A DNA stretch of 64,000 nucleotides from Candidatus Methylophosphatis roskildensis (GTDB lineage: Bacteria > Pseudomonadota > Gammaproteobacteria > Burkholderiales > Rhodocyclaceae): assembly GCA_016708905.1 (NCBI GenBank), contig JADJEV010000001.1:12254-76253 (forward strand). The letters run 5' to 3'. A program made the translations under genes and the position numbers. Of the stretch, positions 30,791 through 40,460 are shown piece after piece; position 1 is the first letter of the stretch; each line of letters begins with the position of its first letter. The notes beneath the pieces are model-generated. The model made no database searches and was not told the origin of the DNA. It was given only the letters and a program-made list of their open reading frames with translations.

Positions 30791-31071
30791 GGATTCCCTC
30801 TCCGCTGAAGTGTGGTGTGAGTGCTTTCAAGTGCGGCGTGAGCGCTTTCCTTTTCTGTGAGCGCCAGGTTCGCTCCATCGCCCGCGGGCACGACTGGCTG
30901 CAAGATCCATACCGAACAAATATGCTGGGACGAATCAGTAGCTTATGCGTTTGGACGCACGAAGCATCGTCGGGCATCTACGACGAAAGTGCTAGGTGAC
31001 AATCCAAGCTTTCGCGTAGTGGGTCGATCCCGCGCCGGAGTGAGTGCGACTGCCTGCCCCGCAGTCGCTCC

Positions 31072-31135
31072 TCAACCCTTCGCGGCGTAACCCGCGGTCT
31101 TCAGGCCGTAGGTAGCCCGCATTCGGCGCAATATC
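31072..31135 (-). pseudogene. 3'-terminal fragment of a prpE-like acyl-CoA synthetase gene
   Basis: The minus strand reads ..YGLKTAGYAAKG-stop. Compare the end of prpE (..AALKTAGYAAKA-stop at 57392). It is preceded by the same family B repeat fragment. Confidence 0.5.
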
Positions 31136-31150
31136 GATTGCGCCCTACGC

Positions 31151-31348
31151 GTGCTGATGACGCCCCAGTTGCGCAGCACCTTGTGCGATCACGCCGCCGG
31201 CAACTACCGCATCCTGACGACGCTGGCCGCCGAACTGCTCGCCGCCGCCGCCCAGCGCGATCTGCCGCAACTCGATGAGAAGCTATACCTCGATGTCTTC
31301 GCCCAACCCGAAAGCCCCAAGCCGCGCCGTGCGGCTGCCGGCCGCTGA
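31151..31348 (+). pseudogene. C-terminal fragment of a transposition AAA+ ATPase (ExeA/TniB-like, Mu-like transposon remnant)
   Basis: ..LCDHAAGNYRILTTLAAELLAAAAQRDLPQLDEKLYLDVF.. resembles, from memory, the C-termini of ExeA-like transposon ATPases. No N-terminal part is present. Confidence 0.45.
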
Positions 31349-31363
31349 TCACTGGAGCCTGCT

Positions 31364-31575
31364 ATGCGACCCGACTCAACGCCCGTCAAGATCCGCCTGC
31401 CGCCCATCTCCGATGCGGCTGTCGTCGAGATCTATGACTTCCTCTGCAATTTCCTTCGGCTCTTCGAATCCCACTATGGCGGCCAGATCCATACTTTTAC
31501 GCGGATCGTTCCTTCGACAACACCGTCCAGCACACATCGCCCCCGAAATCCCCGCCCGACGACCCACCTTTCTGA
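31364..31575 (+). pseudogene. small transposon-associated protein, frameshifted in a T4 run (31495-31498)
   Basis: MRPDSTPVKIRLPPISDAAVVEIYDFLCNFLRLFESHYGGQIHTF, then a frame change. The +1 frame continues YADRSFDNTVQHTSPPKSPPDDPPF-stop (31573-31575). Confidence 0.45.
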
Positions 31576-31596
31576 TCCACAGACCCGCTCAACAAC

Positions 31597-31627
31597 AACG
31601 CCGTCGGCATTCATCGCCGACGGCGTT
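31597..31627 (+). terminator. rho-independent terminator-like hairpin
   Basis: AACGCCGTCGGC (31597-31608), a 7-nt loop, GCCGACGGCGTT (31616-31627), then TCGCTTC. Confidence 0.55.
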
Positions 31628-31837
31628 TCGCTTCATGACCAACTCGCCTCGACACCATCACTTTGCGTGAACATCGGGGCATCAAATTCGGTGACCGCAC
31701 TCAATTCCCTGGCACGGCTTACTGCCGAGGCAATTCCAAAAGGATATTTTCTACGGGGCTCCGAACTCGGCGCTCAGCGACCGTGCTTGTCCAACAAACC
31801 GTTCAGATCGTGGCTTCGCACGATCTAACCTTGTTCG

Positions 31838-32365
31838 TTAGGCCTTCGCCGCTGCCCACACACCCCCGCCAAAACCTTCGCGCGCGTAAACCTTGATGGG
31901 AAACCGAGACTCAAACTTGCGACCCTCAAGGTCTTTGTAGGTGATGGACACTTCAGCCTCCGAACCGTACCTCAGCCAAGAATCTTCTCCTGGGTTATCC
32001 GTGAACGCCCCGAACGACGTTGTCAACTCCTCTCCGTTCCGAAGAAGCGGAATCTCGCTTGCGCTCAGGAAGTTCGATTCGATCATTTTGAACTTCTGAT
32101 CACGCACACCTGGCTCAAGTAGCGACGCAATCTCTGCCTCTGAGGCATGCAGCCGCACCCGTACCGCAGGCCTGCTCCCTGTGTTGGCAATGACCAGATT
32201 GAACGTAGCAGCCGAGATGCCTGAACTGTGCTCTGTGATGAAAGCGGTGACGACGGGCCGATTGGACTGCAGCCAGTTGACTTTGGTGAAGTACAGCGAC
32301 ACGAGCGAGATGAGAATCGCGCCCACGGAAAGGGCGGTTTTGAGATCGTCTGCAGTCACGGACAT
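31838..32365 (-). CDS. hypothetical membrane-anchored protein (orphan, in a lower-GC islet)
   Basis: 175-aa ORF with one N-terminal TM helix (LSVGAILISLVSLYF). No family recognised. The surrounding DNA is visibly less GC-rich than the rest of the window. Confidence 0.55.
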   Translation of the reverse strand: MSVTADDLKTALSVGAILISLVSLYFTKVNWLQSNRPVVTAFITEHSSGISAATFNLVIANTGSRPAVRVRLHASEAEIASLLEPGVRDQKFKMIESNFLSASEIPLLRNGEELTTSFGAFTDNPGEDSWLRYGSEAEVSITYKDLEGRKFESRFPIKVYAREGFGGGVWAAAKA

Positions 32366-32392
32366 AGTGGACTCGGAGGCCTAACGAATAGC

Positions 32393-32445
32393 GTTTATCC
32401 GCCGAAGCGGATGGGGGCAGCGCGACGTCATTTCGGCGGATAAAC
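32393..32445. repeat. 14-bp-stem hairpin at the outer end of the IS91 remnant
   Basis: GTTTATCCGCCGAA (32393-32406) and TTCGGCGGATAAAC (32432-32445) are perfect complements. Assigning this to an IS91 end is inference. Confidence 0.4.
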
Positions 32446-32704
32446 CTCGTTGGACTGGGCCGCCGCGACGGCGGAGGCTATGGGGATTGTAAGGCGGTGG
32501 CGCCCGAAGTCAATTGAATGGCATGGCCAGAGTGGGTCGTGCGGGCCGCACCGATGTGCGCAAAAGGTAGCGTAGCAGCGCGCGGGCGGAGCTGGCGGGC
32601 AAAGTGGCGCGATCGCAGGCGCTGTTGCGCGCGCCGGGGACGAGCCAGGCCGCGTACGGCGATACCGTCCGTTCGCTGCGCAACAGAAAGGCCGGGATCG
32701 ATTC

Positions 32705-33160
32705 TCACGGCGGTCCGCGTGGATGAGGCAGGTGAGCTTGCGCGCCGATCGTGGCAAGCAGACGGAACTGTGCGGTCGCGCAATTCGGGCAGCGAGCGTG
32801 CTCGATGTGCGAAACGCGACGCAGGAACGCCGCCACCGACTCGATCACGACCGGCCGCGCAGGTGGTGCGCCGAGCGCAGCGCGGGCCGCAGCCAGGCCG
32901 TTGTTCGTCCTGGCCGGCCAGAGCAGGCCGTAGTGACGGATGCGCTCGAAGCCGGCCGGCAGCACATGCTGCAGGAAGCGATGGATGAACGCGGGACCGG
33001 GGATGCGCACTGTGCGCTTGGCGCCCACAGCGGGATCGGCGCGCACGCGCAAGAGCACCTCGTTGCACTCGATGCCGACGATGCGCTCGTTGGAGATCGC
33101 CACCCGGTGTATATGGCGACCCATGACGCTGTAGAATCCGTGCTGCATCGCATCGGCACA
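32705..33160 (-). pseudogene. IS91-family (rolling-circle) transposase, C-terminal fragment only
   Basis: ..YSVMGRHIHRVAISNERIVGIE..FIHRFLQHVLPAGFERIRHYGLLWPARTNN..CPNCATAQF. The N-terminal two-thirds are missing, and the truncation point abuts the cimA start. Confidence 0.7.
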
Positions 33161-33167
33161 AATTCTC

Positions 33168-34760
33168 ATGGCCCGCATCTCCATCTACGACTCCACGCTG
33201 CGCGACGGCGCGCAGGCGCAAGGCATCTCCTACTCGGTCGACGACAAGATCAAGATCGTCGAGCGGCTCGACGCGCTCGGCATCCGCTACATCGAGGCCG
33301 GCAATCCCGGCTCGAACCCGAAGGATCTCGAGTTCTTCGCCCGCGCCGCGAGCCTGAAACTCGCCAACGCCTGCATCATCGCCTTCGGCGCGACGCGCAA
33401 AGTCGGCATTCCCGTTGCCGACGACGCCAACATCCAGTCGCTGCTCAAGGCCGGCACCGCCGCCATCGCCATCTTCGGCAAGAGCTGGGATTACCAGGCG
33501 CTGGAGATCCTGCGTACGACGCTGGAAGAAAACCTGGCAATGATCGGCGACACGGTGCGCTACCTGAAACGGCACGGCAAGGAAGTGGTGTTCGACGCCG
33601 AACACTTCTTCGACGGCTACAAGGACAACCCGGAATTCGCGCTCAAGACGCTGGCCGCCGCGGTCGAGGCCGGCGCCGATTCGCTCGCGCTGTGCGACAC
33701 CAACGGCGGCAGCTTCCCCGACGAGATCTTCGACATCACGCGCACGGTCTGCCAGCACTTCCCGAACGCGGCCGTCGGCATCCACTGCCACAACGACAGC
33801 GAAATGGCGGTGGCCAACTCCATCCGCGCCGTGCAGGCCGGCGCCACGCAGGTGCAGGGCACCATCAACGGTCTGGGCGAACGCTGCGGCAACGCCAACC
33901 TCTGCTCGATCATCCCCAACCTGCAACTGAAGCTTGGCCACGATTGCATCCCTGCCGACGCGATGCGGCACCTGACCAGCACCTCGCGCTCGGTGGCGGA
34001 AATCGCCAACATGCCGCACAACGACAAGGCACCCTACGTCGGCAGCCACGCCTTCGCGCACAAGGGCGGCATGCACATCGACGCGGTGGTGAAGAACCCG
34101 ATTTCCTACGAGCACGTCAACCCGGAACTGGTCGGCAACAGCCGGCGAATGCTGATGTCGGAAGTGGCGGGCCGCAGCACGCTGCTGGCGCGCATCAACG
34201 CCGTCGATCCGACACTGGCGAAGGACTCGCCCGAGACGCGGGGGATCGTGGATAAGCTCAAGGAACTCGAACACGAGGGTTACCAGTTCGAGGCGGCGGA
34301 GAGCTCGTTCGAACTGGTGGTGCGCAAGATGCTCGGCCGCTACACCCCCTTCTTCGAACTGGTCGAATTCAAGGTCATCGTCAGCGAACCCTGCGTCAAC
34401 GAGGAGGCGAACTCGTCGGTGATCATCAAGGTTCGCGTCGGCGACCAGGAAGTGCTGACAGTCGCCGAGGGCGACGGACCGGTGAACGCCCTCGACCGCG
34501 CCGCGCGCAAGGCGCTGGAGCGCCTCTATCCGGCCATCGGCGAGATTCGCCTGACCGACTACAAGGTGCGCGTGCTGGATTCCGACAAGGCTTCCGCGGC
34601 CAAGGTGCGGGTGCTGGTCGAATCCACCGACGGCCGCGAGAACTGGACCACCATCGGCGTCTCCACCGACATCATCAACGCCTCCTGGCAGGCGCTGGTC
34701 GACGCTATGGAATACAAGCTGATACGCGATCAGGAACCCAAGTCGCCTTCGCGCTTGTGA
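33168..34760 (+). CDS. cimA: (R)-citramalate synthase (LeuA-family)
   Basis: 530 aa, MARISIYDSTLRDGAQAQGISYSVDDKIKIVERLDALGIRYIEAGNPGSNPKD.. Length and N-terminus fit the CimA subfamily rather than LeuA. Confidence 0.8.
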   Translation: MARISIYDSTLRDGAQAQGISYSVDDKIKIVERLDALGIRYIEAGNPGSNPKDLEFFARAASLKLANACIIAFGATRKVGIPVADDANIQSLLKAGTAAIAIFGKSWDYQALEILRTTLEENLAMIGDTVRYLKRHGKEVVFDAEHFFDGYKDNPEFALKTLAAAVEAGADSLALCDTNGGSFPDEIFDITRTVCQHFPNAAVGIHCHNDSEMAVANSIRAVQAGATQVQGTINGLGERCGNANLCSIIPNLQLKLGHDCIPADAMRHLTSTSRSVAEIANMPHNDKAPYVGSHAFAHKGGMHIDAVVKNPISYEHVNPELVGNSRRMLMSEVAGRSTLLARINAVDPTLAKDSPETRGIVDKLKELEHEGYQFEAAESSFELVVRKMLGRYTPFFELVEFKVIVSEPCVNEEANSSVIIKVRVGDQEVLTVAEGDGPVNALDRAARKALERLYPAIGEIRLTDYKVRVLDSDKASAAKVRVLVESTDGRENWTTIGVSTDIINASWQALVDAMEYKLIRDQEPKSPSRL

Positions 34761-34873
34761 AGAAATCGTTGCGAGCGGCCTGAGTTCGGTCCGAGGAGCG
34801 CAGACGTACTCAGTGCTACATCGAGCACCGCATGGCCGAAATCGGGACGCGCAGTAGATTCATTCACAAGCTC

Positions 34874-35665
34874 TCAGGCCCGATCGGGCTTCAACAGAAC
34901 CAACTTCAACTGGTCCTGGTCGACCGGCTTCAAGGTCACCTGCTGGTAACTCACCAGGCCGCGCCTGCAGTGATTGAAGTCGCGCCGCCCGCCCTGGCGT
35001 TCAAGCACGTTGTGCTGCTTCCAGAAACGCGCAAATTCCGGACTGCCCTTCTTCAGGTCGTCGATCAGCCGCACCAGTGCCGGTTCGTCGAGCCGCGTCC
35101 GGCAGTCGGCGCGAAACTCCGCCACCAGTCGGCCCGCCCGCGTTTCCCAGTCGACGATGAGCGCGCGCGCTCCGGGCGCGAGGAACACATAGCGCAGCAG
35201 ATTGCGCGGCAGTTCAGATTCCCTGACGCGCTGGTCGAGCCAGCCGGCGAAGAGTGCGGCCGCCGGCTTGTTCCACGCCAGCATGTCCCAGGTACGGCCG
35301 AGGATGTAGGCGGGAATCGCGATGTTGGCGACCAGCGAGATGAGCAGGTCGGCCGCCGCATCGCTTTCCGGCGCTGCGGCCAGCGGATCGCGCCGCCCGG
35401 CGAGTTCGAAGATGTAGGCGCGCTCGCCGCGGGTGAGATGAAGCCCTTGCGCCAGTCGTTCCAGCGCATCCGCCGAAACATTGACCGGGCGCCCTTGTTC
35501 GATCCAGGTGTACCAGGTCGGGCTGATGCCGGCGAGTTGCGCGACTTCCTCGCGGCGCAGGCCCTGCGTGCGCCGCCGGCTGCCGGCGGGGAAGCCGAAA
35601 GCCTCGGGCGCCTGGCGACTGCGCGCGGCCTGGAGAAATTCGCCGAGTTCCTTGCGGGTGTCCAT
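34874..35665 (-). CDS. XRE-family HTH regulator (MmyB-like)
   Basis: MDTRKELGEFLQAARSR..GLRREEVAQLAGISPTWYTWIEQGR.. Start at the internal ATG 35665. Divergent from leuC. Confidence 0.75.
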   Translation of the reverse strand: MDTRKELGEFLQAARSRQAPEAFGFPAGSRRRTQGLRREEVAQLAGISPTWYTWIEQGRPVNVSADALERLAQGLHLTRGERAYIFELAGRRDPLAAAPESDAAADLLISLVANIAIPAYILGRTWDMLAWNKPAAALFAGWLDQRVRESELPRNLLRYVFLAPGARALIVDWETRAGRLVAEFRADCRTRLDEPALVRLIDDLKKGSPEFARFWKQHNVLERQGGRRDFNHCRRGLVSYQQVTLKPVDQDQLKLVLLKPDRA

Positions 35666-35802
35666 GAACGGCCTCTGGCTGTTAATTCCAGTACCAGTAT
35701 AAATAGCACCCTTGTCAGGGTACAAACGATTCGCTAGCATCCTCGCCCATGGCGCAGCACACGCCTCGCCTATCACCTCATCACCGCATGCGAGGAGGCC
35801 TC

Positions 35803-37212
35803 ATGGCTGGCAAGACGCTTTACGACAAACTCTGGGAATCGCACGTGGTCCGCGAAGAGAGCGACGGCACCTGCCTCCTCTACATCGACCGCCACCTGAT
35901 GCACGAGGTGACCAGTCCGCAGGCCTTCGAAGGCTTGCGGCTGGCCGGACGCAAGGCGTGGCGCAAGCAAAGCATCGTCGCCAACCCGGACCACAACACG
36001 CCGACCGACCATTGGGACCAGGGCATCAAAGATCCGATCTCGCGCCTGCAAGTGGAAACGCTCGACGCCAACATCAAGGATTTCGGCGCGCTGGTGTACT
36101 TCCCCTTCAAGCACGCCAACCAGGGCATCATCCACGTCATCGGCCCCGAGAACGGCACCACGCTGCCGGGCATGACCGTCGTCTGCGGCGACAGCCACAC
36201 CTCCACGCACGGTGCCTTCGGCGCGCTGGCGCAGGGCATCGGCACCTCCGAAGTCGAGCATGTGCTCGCGACGCAGACGCTGGTCGCCAAGCGTTCCCGG
36301 CGCATGCTGGTGACAGTCGAAGGCCGCCTTGCCGCCGGCGTGACCGCCAAGGATGTGGCGCTCGCCATCATCGGCAAGATCGGCACCGCCGGCGGCACCG
36401 GCCATGCCATCGAGTTCGGCGGCTCCGCCATTCGCGCGCTGTCGATGGAAGGCCGCATGACCCTGTGCAACATGGCGATCGAGGCCGGCGCGCGCGCCGG
36501 CCTGGTCGCGCCAGACGAGAAGACCTTCGAGTATCTCGAGGACAAGCAGTTCGCGCCGAAGGGGGACCAGTGGGATCGCGCCGTCGCCTACTGGAAGACG
36601 CTGCAATCCGACGCCGATGCCATGTTCGACGCCATGGTCGAACTCGACGCTTCGATGATCGAACCACAGGTCACCTGGGGCACCTCGCCCGAACAGGTGC
36701 TGCCCGTGGGCGGCCGCGTGCCCAATCCCGCCAACGAAGCCGATGCACAAAGGCGCGTCGGCATCGAGCGCGCGCTGCAGTATATGGGGCTTGCCGCCGA
36801 CACGCCCATCGGCGAGATCCGGGTCGACAAGGTGTTCATCGGCAGTTGCACGAATTCGCGCATCGAGGATCTACGCGCCGCCGCCACGATTGCCAAGGGC
36901 AGGAAGAAGGCCGCCAGCGTCAAGCAGGTGCTGATCGTGCCGGGCTCAGGCCAGGTCAAGCGCCAGGCCGAAGCCGAAGGGCTGGACAAGGTCTTCGTCG
37001 AAGCGGGCTTCGAGTGGCGCGAACCCGGCTGCTCGATGTGCCTGGCCATGAACGCCGACCGCCTCGCCCCGGGCGAGCGCTGCGCCTCGACCTCGAACCG
37101 CAACTTCGAGGGCCGCCAGGGCGCCGGCGGTCGCACCCACCTCGTCAGCCCGGAAATGGCCGCCGCTGCCGCCATCGCCGGCCACTTCGTCGACATCCGC
37201 AAACCGTTCTAA
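35803..37212 (+). CDS. leuC: 3-isopropylmalate dehydratase large subunit
   Basis: ATG 35803 after [69 protein letters not shown].. Confidence 0.95.
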   Translation: MAGKTLYDKLWESHVVREESDGTCLLYIDRHLMHEVTSPQAFEGLRLAGRKAWRKQSIVANPDHNTPTDHWDQGIKDPISRLQVETLDANIKDFGALVYFPFKHANQGIIHVIGPENGTTLPGMTVVCGDSHTSTHGAFGALAQGIGTSEVEHVLATQTLVAKRSRRMLVTVEGRLAAGVTAKDVALAIIGKIGTAGGTGHAIEFGGSAIRALSMEGRMTLCNMAIEAGARAGLVAPDEKTFEYLEDKQFAPKGDQWDRAVAYWKTLQSDADAMFDAMVELDASMIEPQVTWGTSPEQVLPVGGRVPNPANEADAQRRVGIERALQYMGLAADTPIGEIRVDKVFIGSCTNSRIEDLRAAATIAKGRKKAASVKQVLIVPGSGQVKRQAEAEGLDKVFVEAGFEWREPGCSMCLAMNADRLAPGERCASTSNRNFEGRQGAGGRTHLVSPEMAAAAAIAGHFVDIRKPF

Positions 37213-37234
37213 GCCAATTCAAACCGGGACGAAC

Positions 37235-37873
37235 ATGAAAGCATTCACCCAGCTCACCGGCCTCGTCTGCCCGCTCGACCGCGCCAACGTCGACACCGAC
37301 GCCATCATCCCCAAGCAGTTCCTCAAGTCGATCAAGCGCTCCGGCTTCGGGCCGTACCTGTTCGACGAGTGGCGCTACAGCGACGTCGGCGAACCCGGCA
37401 TGGACTGCACCCATCGCCCCGTGCGGGCCGACTTCGTGCTCAACCAGCCGCGCTACCAGGGCGCGCAGGTGCTGCTCGCCCGCGACAACTTCGGCTGCGG
37501 ATCGAGCCGCGAACACGCGCCGTGGGCCATCGAGGACTATGGCTTTTGCGTCGTCATCGCGCCGTCGTTCGCCGACATCTTCTTCGGCAACTGCTACAAG
37601 AACGGCGTGCTGCCCATCGTGCTGCCCGCCGCCACGGTCGACAAGCTGTTCAAGGAATGCGCCGACACCGAGGGCTATCAACTCGAAGTCGATCTGAAAA
37701 AGCAGACCGCGACCACGCCCTCGGGCGAATCGTTCGCCTTCGACATCACGCCGCACCGCAAGCACTGCCTGCTCAACGGCCTCGACGAGATCGCCCTGAC
37801 TCTGCAACACGCCGACGAGATCAAGGATTTCGAGGCGAAGCATGAAGCTGCCCAGCCTTGGCTGTTCGCGTGA
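37235..37873 (+). CDS. leuD: 3-isopropylmalate dehydratase small subunit
   Basis: [47 protein letters not shown].. Confidence 0.95.
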   Translation: MKAFTQLTGLVCPLDRANVDTDAIIPKQFLKSIKRSGFGPYLFDEWRYSDVGEPGMDCTHRPVRADFVLNQPRYQGAQVLLARDNFGCGSSREHAPWAIEDYGFCVVIAPSFADIFFGNCYKNGVLPIVLPAATVDKLFKECADTEGYQLEVDLKKQTATTPSGESFAFDITPHRKHCLLNGLDEIALTLQHADEIKDFEAKHEAAQPWLFA

Positions 37874-38485
37874 TCCGTTCGCCAATACAGTTTGCGCTGC
37901 CGCTGGCGTCGATGCTGCTGGCCGGCAGCGCTGCGCATTCCGCGCCGTCCTATGACAGCGCTTTCGCCAGTTCCTTCGGGGACGACAAGGTCGTCTGCGG
38001 GCTCCGGGAATTCCGTTGGTACTCGCGAACGCCGGCTATTTGGAGTCGTTGCGGACGTCCATTTCACTGATCTCATTGGGCAGCGAATGGCTGGAAATGG
38101 CCGGGACCGTACTTTCCCTACCCCTGCCGAAAGCAGCCTTCTGGAGAAGGAGGCGCTTGTCGCGAAGGGCAGCTTACTGCCTCTGCTGCGAGCTCACACT
38201 CCCGGCCAATAGCTGCCGTTGGCGGTTGGCGCCGCAAAGCGGACGCTGTCGACCGGCTCACTTGACTTACCGACCAGCCGCATGTGCCTAAACTGCCCAG
38301 TGGCCAACAACCGCAGCCAGCGGCGTGGCTCACCTCCATCGAGAATTGCGGCATCAACGCAATGAAGGGCCACTCGCGTCGTGAGTGCGCTTCGCACAAG
38401 CACCAGGAGGTTTCTCCCAGGCTTGCGATTCAGTCGGTACTCCTGCACTATTGTGCATTACAAATGTAATTCGCGAGGACAAATC

Positions 38486-38764
38486 ATGAAGACTGCCGCT
38501 ATTCCCGCCGTACGCGTTTCACCGGAACTGCGCCAAGCCGCCGAGGATTTGCTCCAAGCTGGCGAGACGCTGTCTGGCTTCGTCGAAGAAGCCGTGCGGC
38601 GCAATGTTGAGTTCCGTCAAGCGCAGAAGGCCTTCCTCGAGCGCGGGCTGGCCTCGGGCGAGGCGTCGAGGAAGTCCGGCAAGTACGTGTCCTCGGCGGC
38701 GATGCTGGGCAAGCTCGCCCGGCGCCTCGAGAGGGCCCGCAAGGGGCTTGGCGTCACGGGATGA
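38486..38764 (+). CDS. ribbon-helix-helix-type antitoxin (ParD-like)
   Basis: MKTAAIPAVRVSPELRQAAEDLL..GFVEEAVRRNVEF.. The stop overlaps the ATG of the parE-like gene (ATGA at 38761-38764). Confidence 0.6.
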   Translation: MKTAAIPAVRVSPELRQAAEDLLQAGETLSGFVEEAVRRNVEFRQAQKAFLERGLASGEASRKSGKYVSSAAMLGKLARRLERARKGLGVTG

Positions 38765-38805
38765 GCCGTTTCCGAGTCCGCTTCACTCCGGAAGCTGAGG
38801 AAGAC

Positions 38806-40460
38806 CTAAGCCGGACGAGCCGGAACCAAACAGGGGAATAGCGGTACCCTAGCGCTTGCGTGGAGCTTGTCGATGCGGAGGCCGCCATGGAGCTGCTTAC
38901 GACCCGGTACGCGGAGAATCTGGCAGGCGTGCTGTCTTGCTACGACCGGATCGTCATCACCGGCACGTTGCCCGGCGCGTGTTTCGCAGAGGGCATGACC
39001 AGCTTCTTGGTCTCCCGTGGGATCCGTATCTTCGACTACCCGCAGTTCGCGCTGCCTCTGCGGGAGCGCGTTCGCCATGCCGCTCAGGCGCTGGCAACGG
39101 AGCACGGCGCCAGGATCGAACATATCGCCAAGGCCCACGTTCGCAAAGAAGACGTCGTGGCCAAGGTGCTCGCGGCGCGTGGCGATGCGCCCGGCCTGGT
39201 GCACGTGATATCGGCGATGGAGACCTGCGCGACCTATCAACCCTGGCACGACAAGGCCAGCGGACGCACTTTCCTGCGCCCGGACACCACCAAGTGCCTG
39301 CACTACTACTTCTACTGGATGGACCGAGAGCTGGGGCTCATCTACGTGCGCGTGCCCACCTACTGTCCGTTCCGGCTGCAGGTTTACTGCAACGGACACA
39401 GTTGGCTGGCGCAACGAATGCGGCGCGAGGGCATCGACTTCGCCGCAGCCGACAACGCTTTTGCTCGCATAACCGACTTCGCTCGTGCGCAAGAACTCGC
39501 CGACACCTTCAAGCCTGAGTTGCTGCATCGCCACCTGGACCGCTACGCCCAGCTGTGCTGCCCCGTCCTGGATGTCTTTGGGCAGACCTACCACTGGAGC
39601 ATCATGCAGGCCGAATACTCGACCGACTTGGTGTTCAAGAGCGAGAAGATCCTCGGCTCGCTGTACCAGCAGCTCGCCCGCGAGGCAGTGCTCTCGGTGA
39701 AGGCCGAGCAAATCGCCACATTCCTGGGCAAGAAGATCACCCCGCAACTGGCCGCCGAGATTGGCTCGCGCCTGAGCACGCGCATTGAGGGAACCTGCAT
39801 CAAGCACAAATTCGGATCGGTCTCTATCAAGATCTACGACAAGTTCGCTCGCATCCTGCGCATCGAGACCACAACCAATGACGTTTCGTTCTTCAAGCAC
39901 CACCGCAAGGTGGAACACCGCACCGGCCGCACCACGCGAGAAGTCGCGCCACTGAAGAAATCCATCTACAGTCTCATCGACCTGCGCGAAATTCTGCTGG
40001 GCTGCAATCATCGCTATCTCGAGTTCCTCTCCAGCCTGGACGATCACAGCAGCGGACAACGCCTGCTTGAACGCGTGACGCAATCCAAACCTGACGGCGA
40101 CCGGTCCTTCAAGGGCTTGAACTTCTTCGATTCCAACGACCAAGCCCTCCTACGCGCCGTGCAACGACCCGAATTCAACATCCATGGCTTGGCCCGCTGT
40201 GACTTGATGCGCCGACTCCCTGACCAAACGCCCTCGCGACTGTCCCGCCAGCTCCGCCGCCTGCGCGTCCTCGGCTTGATCAAGCGCGCCGCCAACACCT
40301 ACCGCTACTACCTGACTCGAGCAGGCCGCATGGCCATCGCCGCGTTCGAGCGCCTCACCAACTTCGCAATCGTTCCTGCAATGGCCGCATAGCCGCAATG
40401 CATCGTTTCGGCCTCGCACTTCTGTGCCAGGACGCAAAACTTTGAAGTCGTAAGAGACTA
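38806..40460 (+). mobile_element. unclassified 1.65-kb repeated element, copy 2 (inside parE)
   Basis: Same sequence as 13889-15542, with one extra ACC codon at about 39286-39291. The junctions carry a 3-nt CTA ambiguity. Confidence 0.75.
38887..40392 (+). CDS. about 500-aa protein of the repeated element, copy 2
   Basis: Translation identical to copy 1 except RPDTTKCLHYY versus RPDTKCLHYY. Confidence 0.7.
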   Translation: MELLTTRYAENLAGVLSCYDRIVITGTLPGACFAEGMTSFLVSRGIRIFDYPQFALPLRERVRHAAQALATEHGARIEHIAKAHVRKEDVVAKVLAARGDAPGLVHVISAMETCATYQPWHDKASGRTFLRPDTTKCLHYYFYWMDRELGLIYVRVPTYCPFRLQVYCNGHSWLAQRMRREGIDFAAADNAFARITDFARAQELADTFKPELLHRHLDRYAQLCCPVLDVFGQTYHWSIMQAEYSTDLVFKSEKILGSLYQQLAREAVLSVKAEQIATFLGKKITPQLAAEIGSRLSTRIEGTCIKHKFGSVSIKIYDKFARILRIETTTNDVSFFKHHRKVEHRTGRTTREVAPLKKSIYSLIDLREILLGCNHRYLEFLSSLDDHSSGQRLLERVTQSKPDGDRSFKGLNFFDSNDQALLRAVQRPEFNIHGLARCDLMRRLPDQTPSRLSRQLRRLRVLGLIKRAANTYRYYLTRAGRMAIAAFERLTNFAIVPAMAA

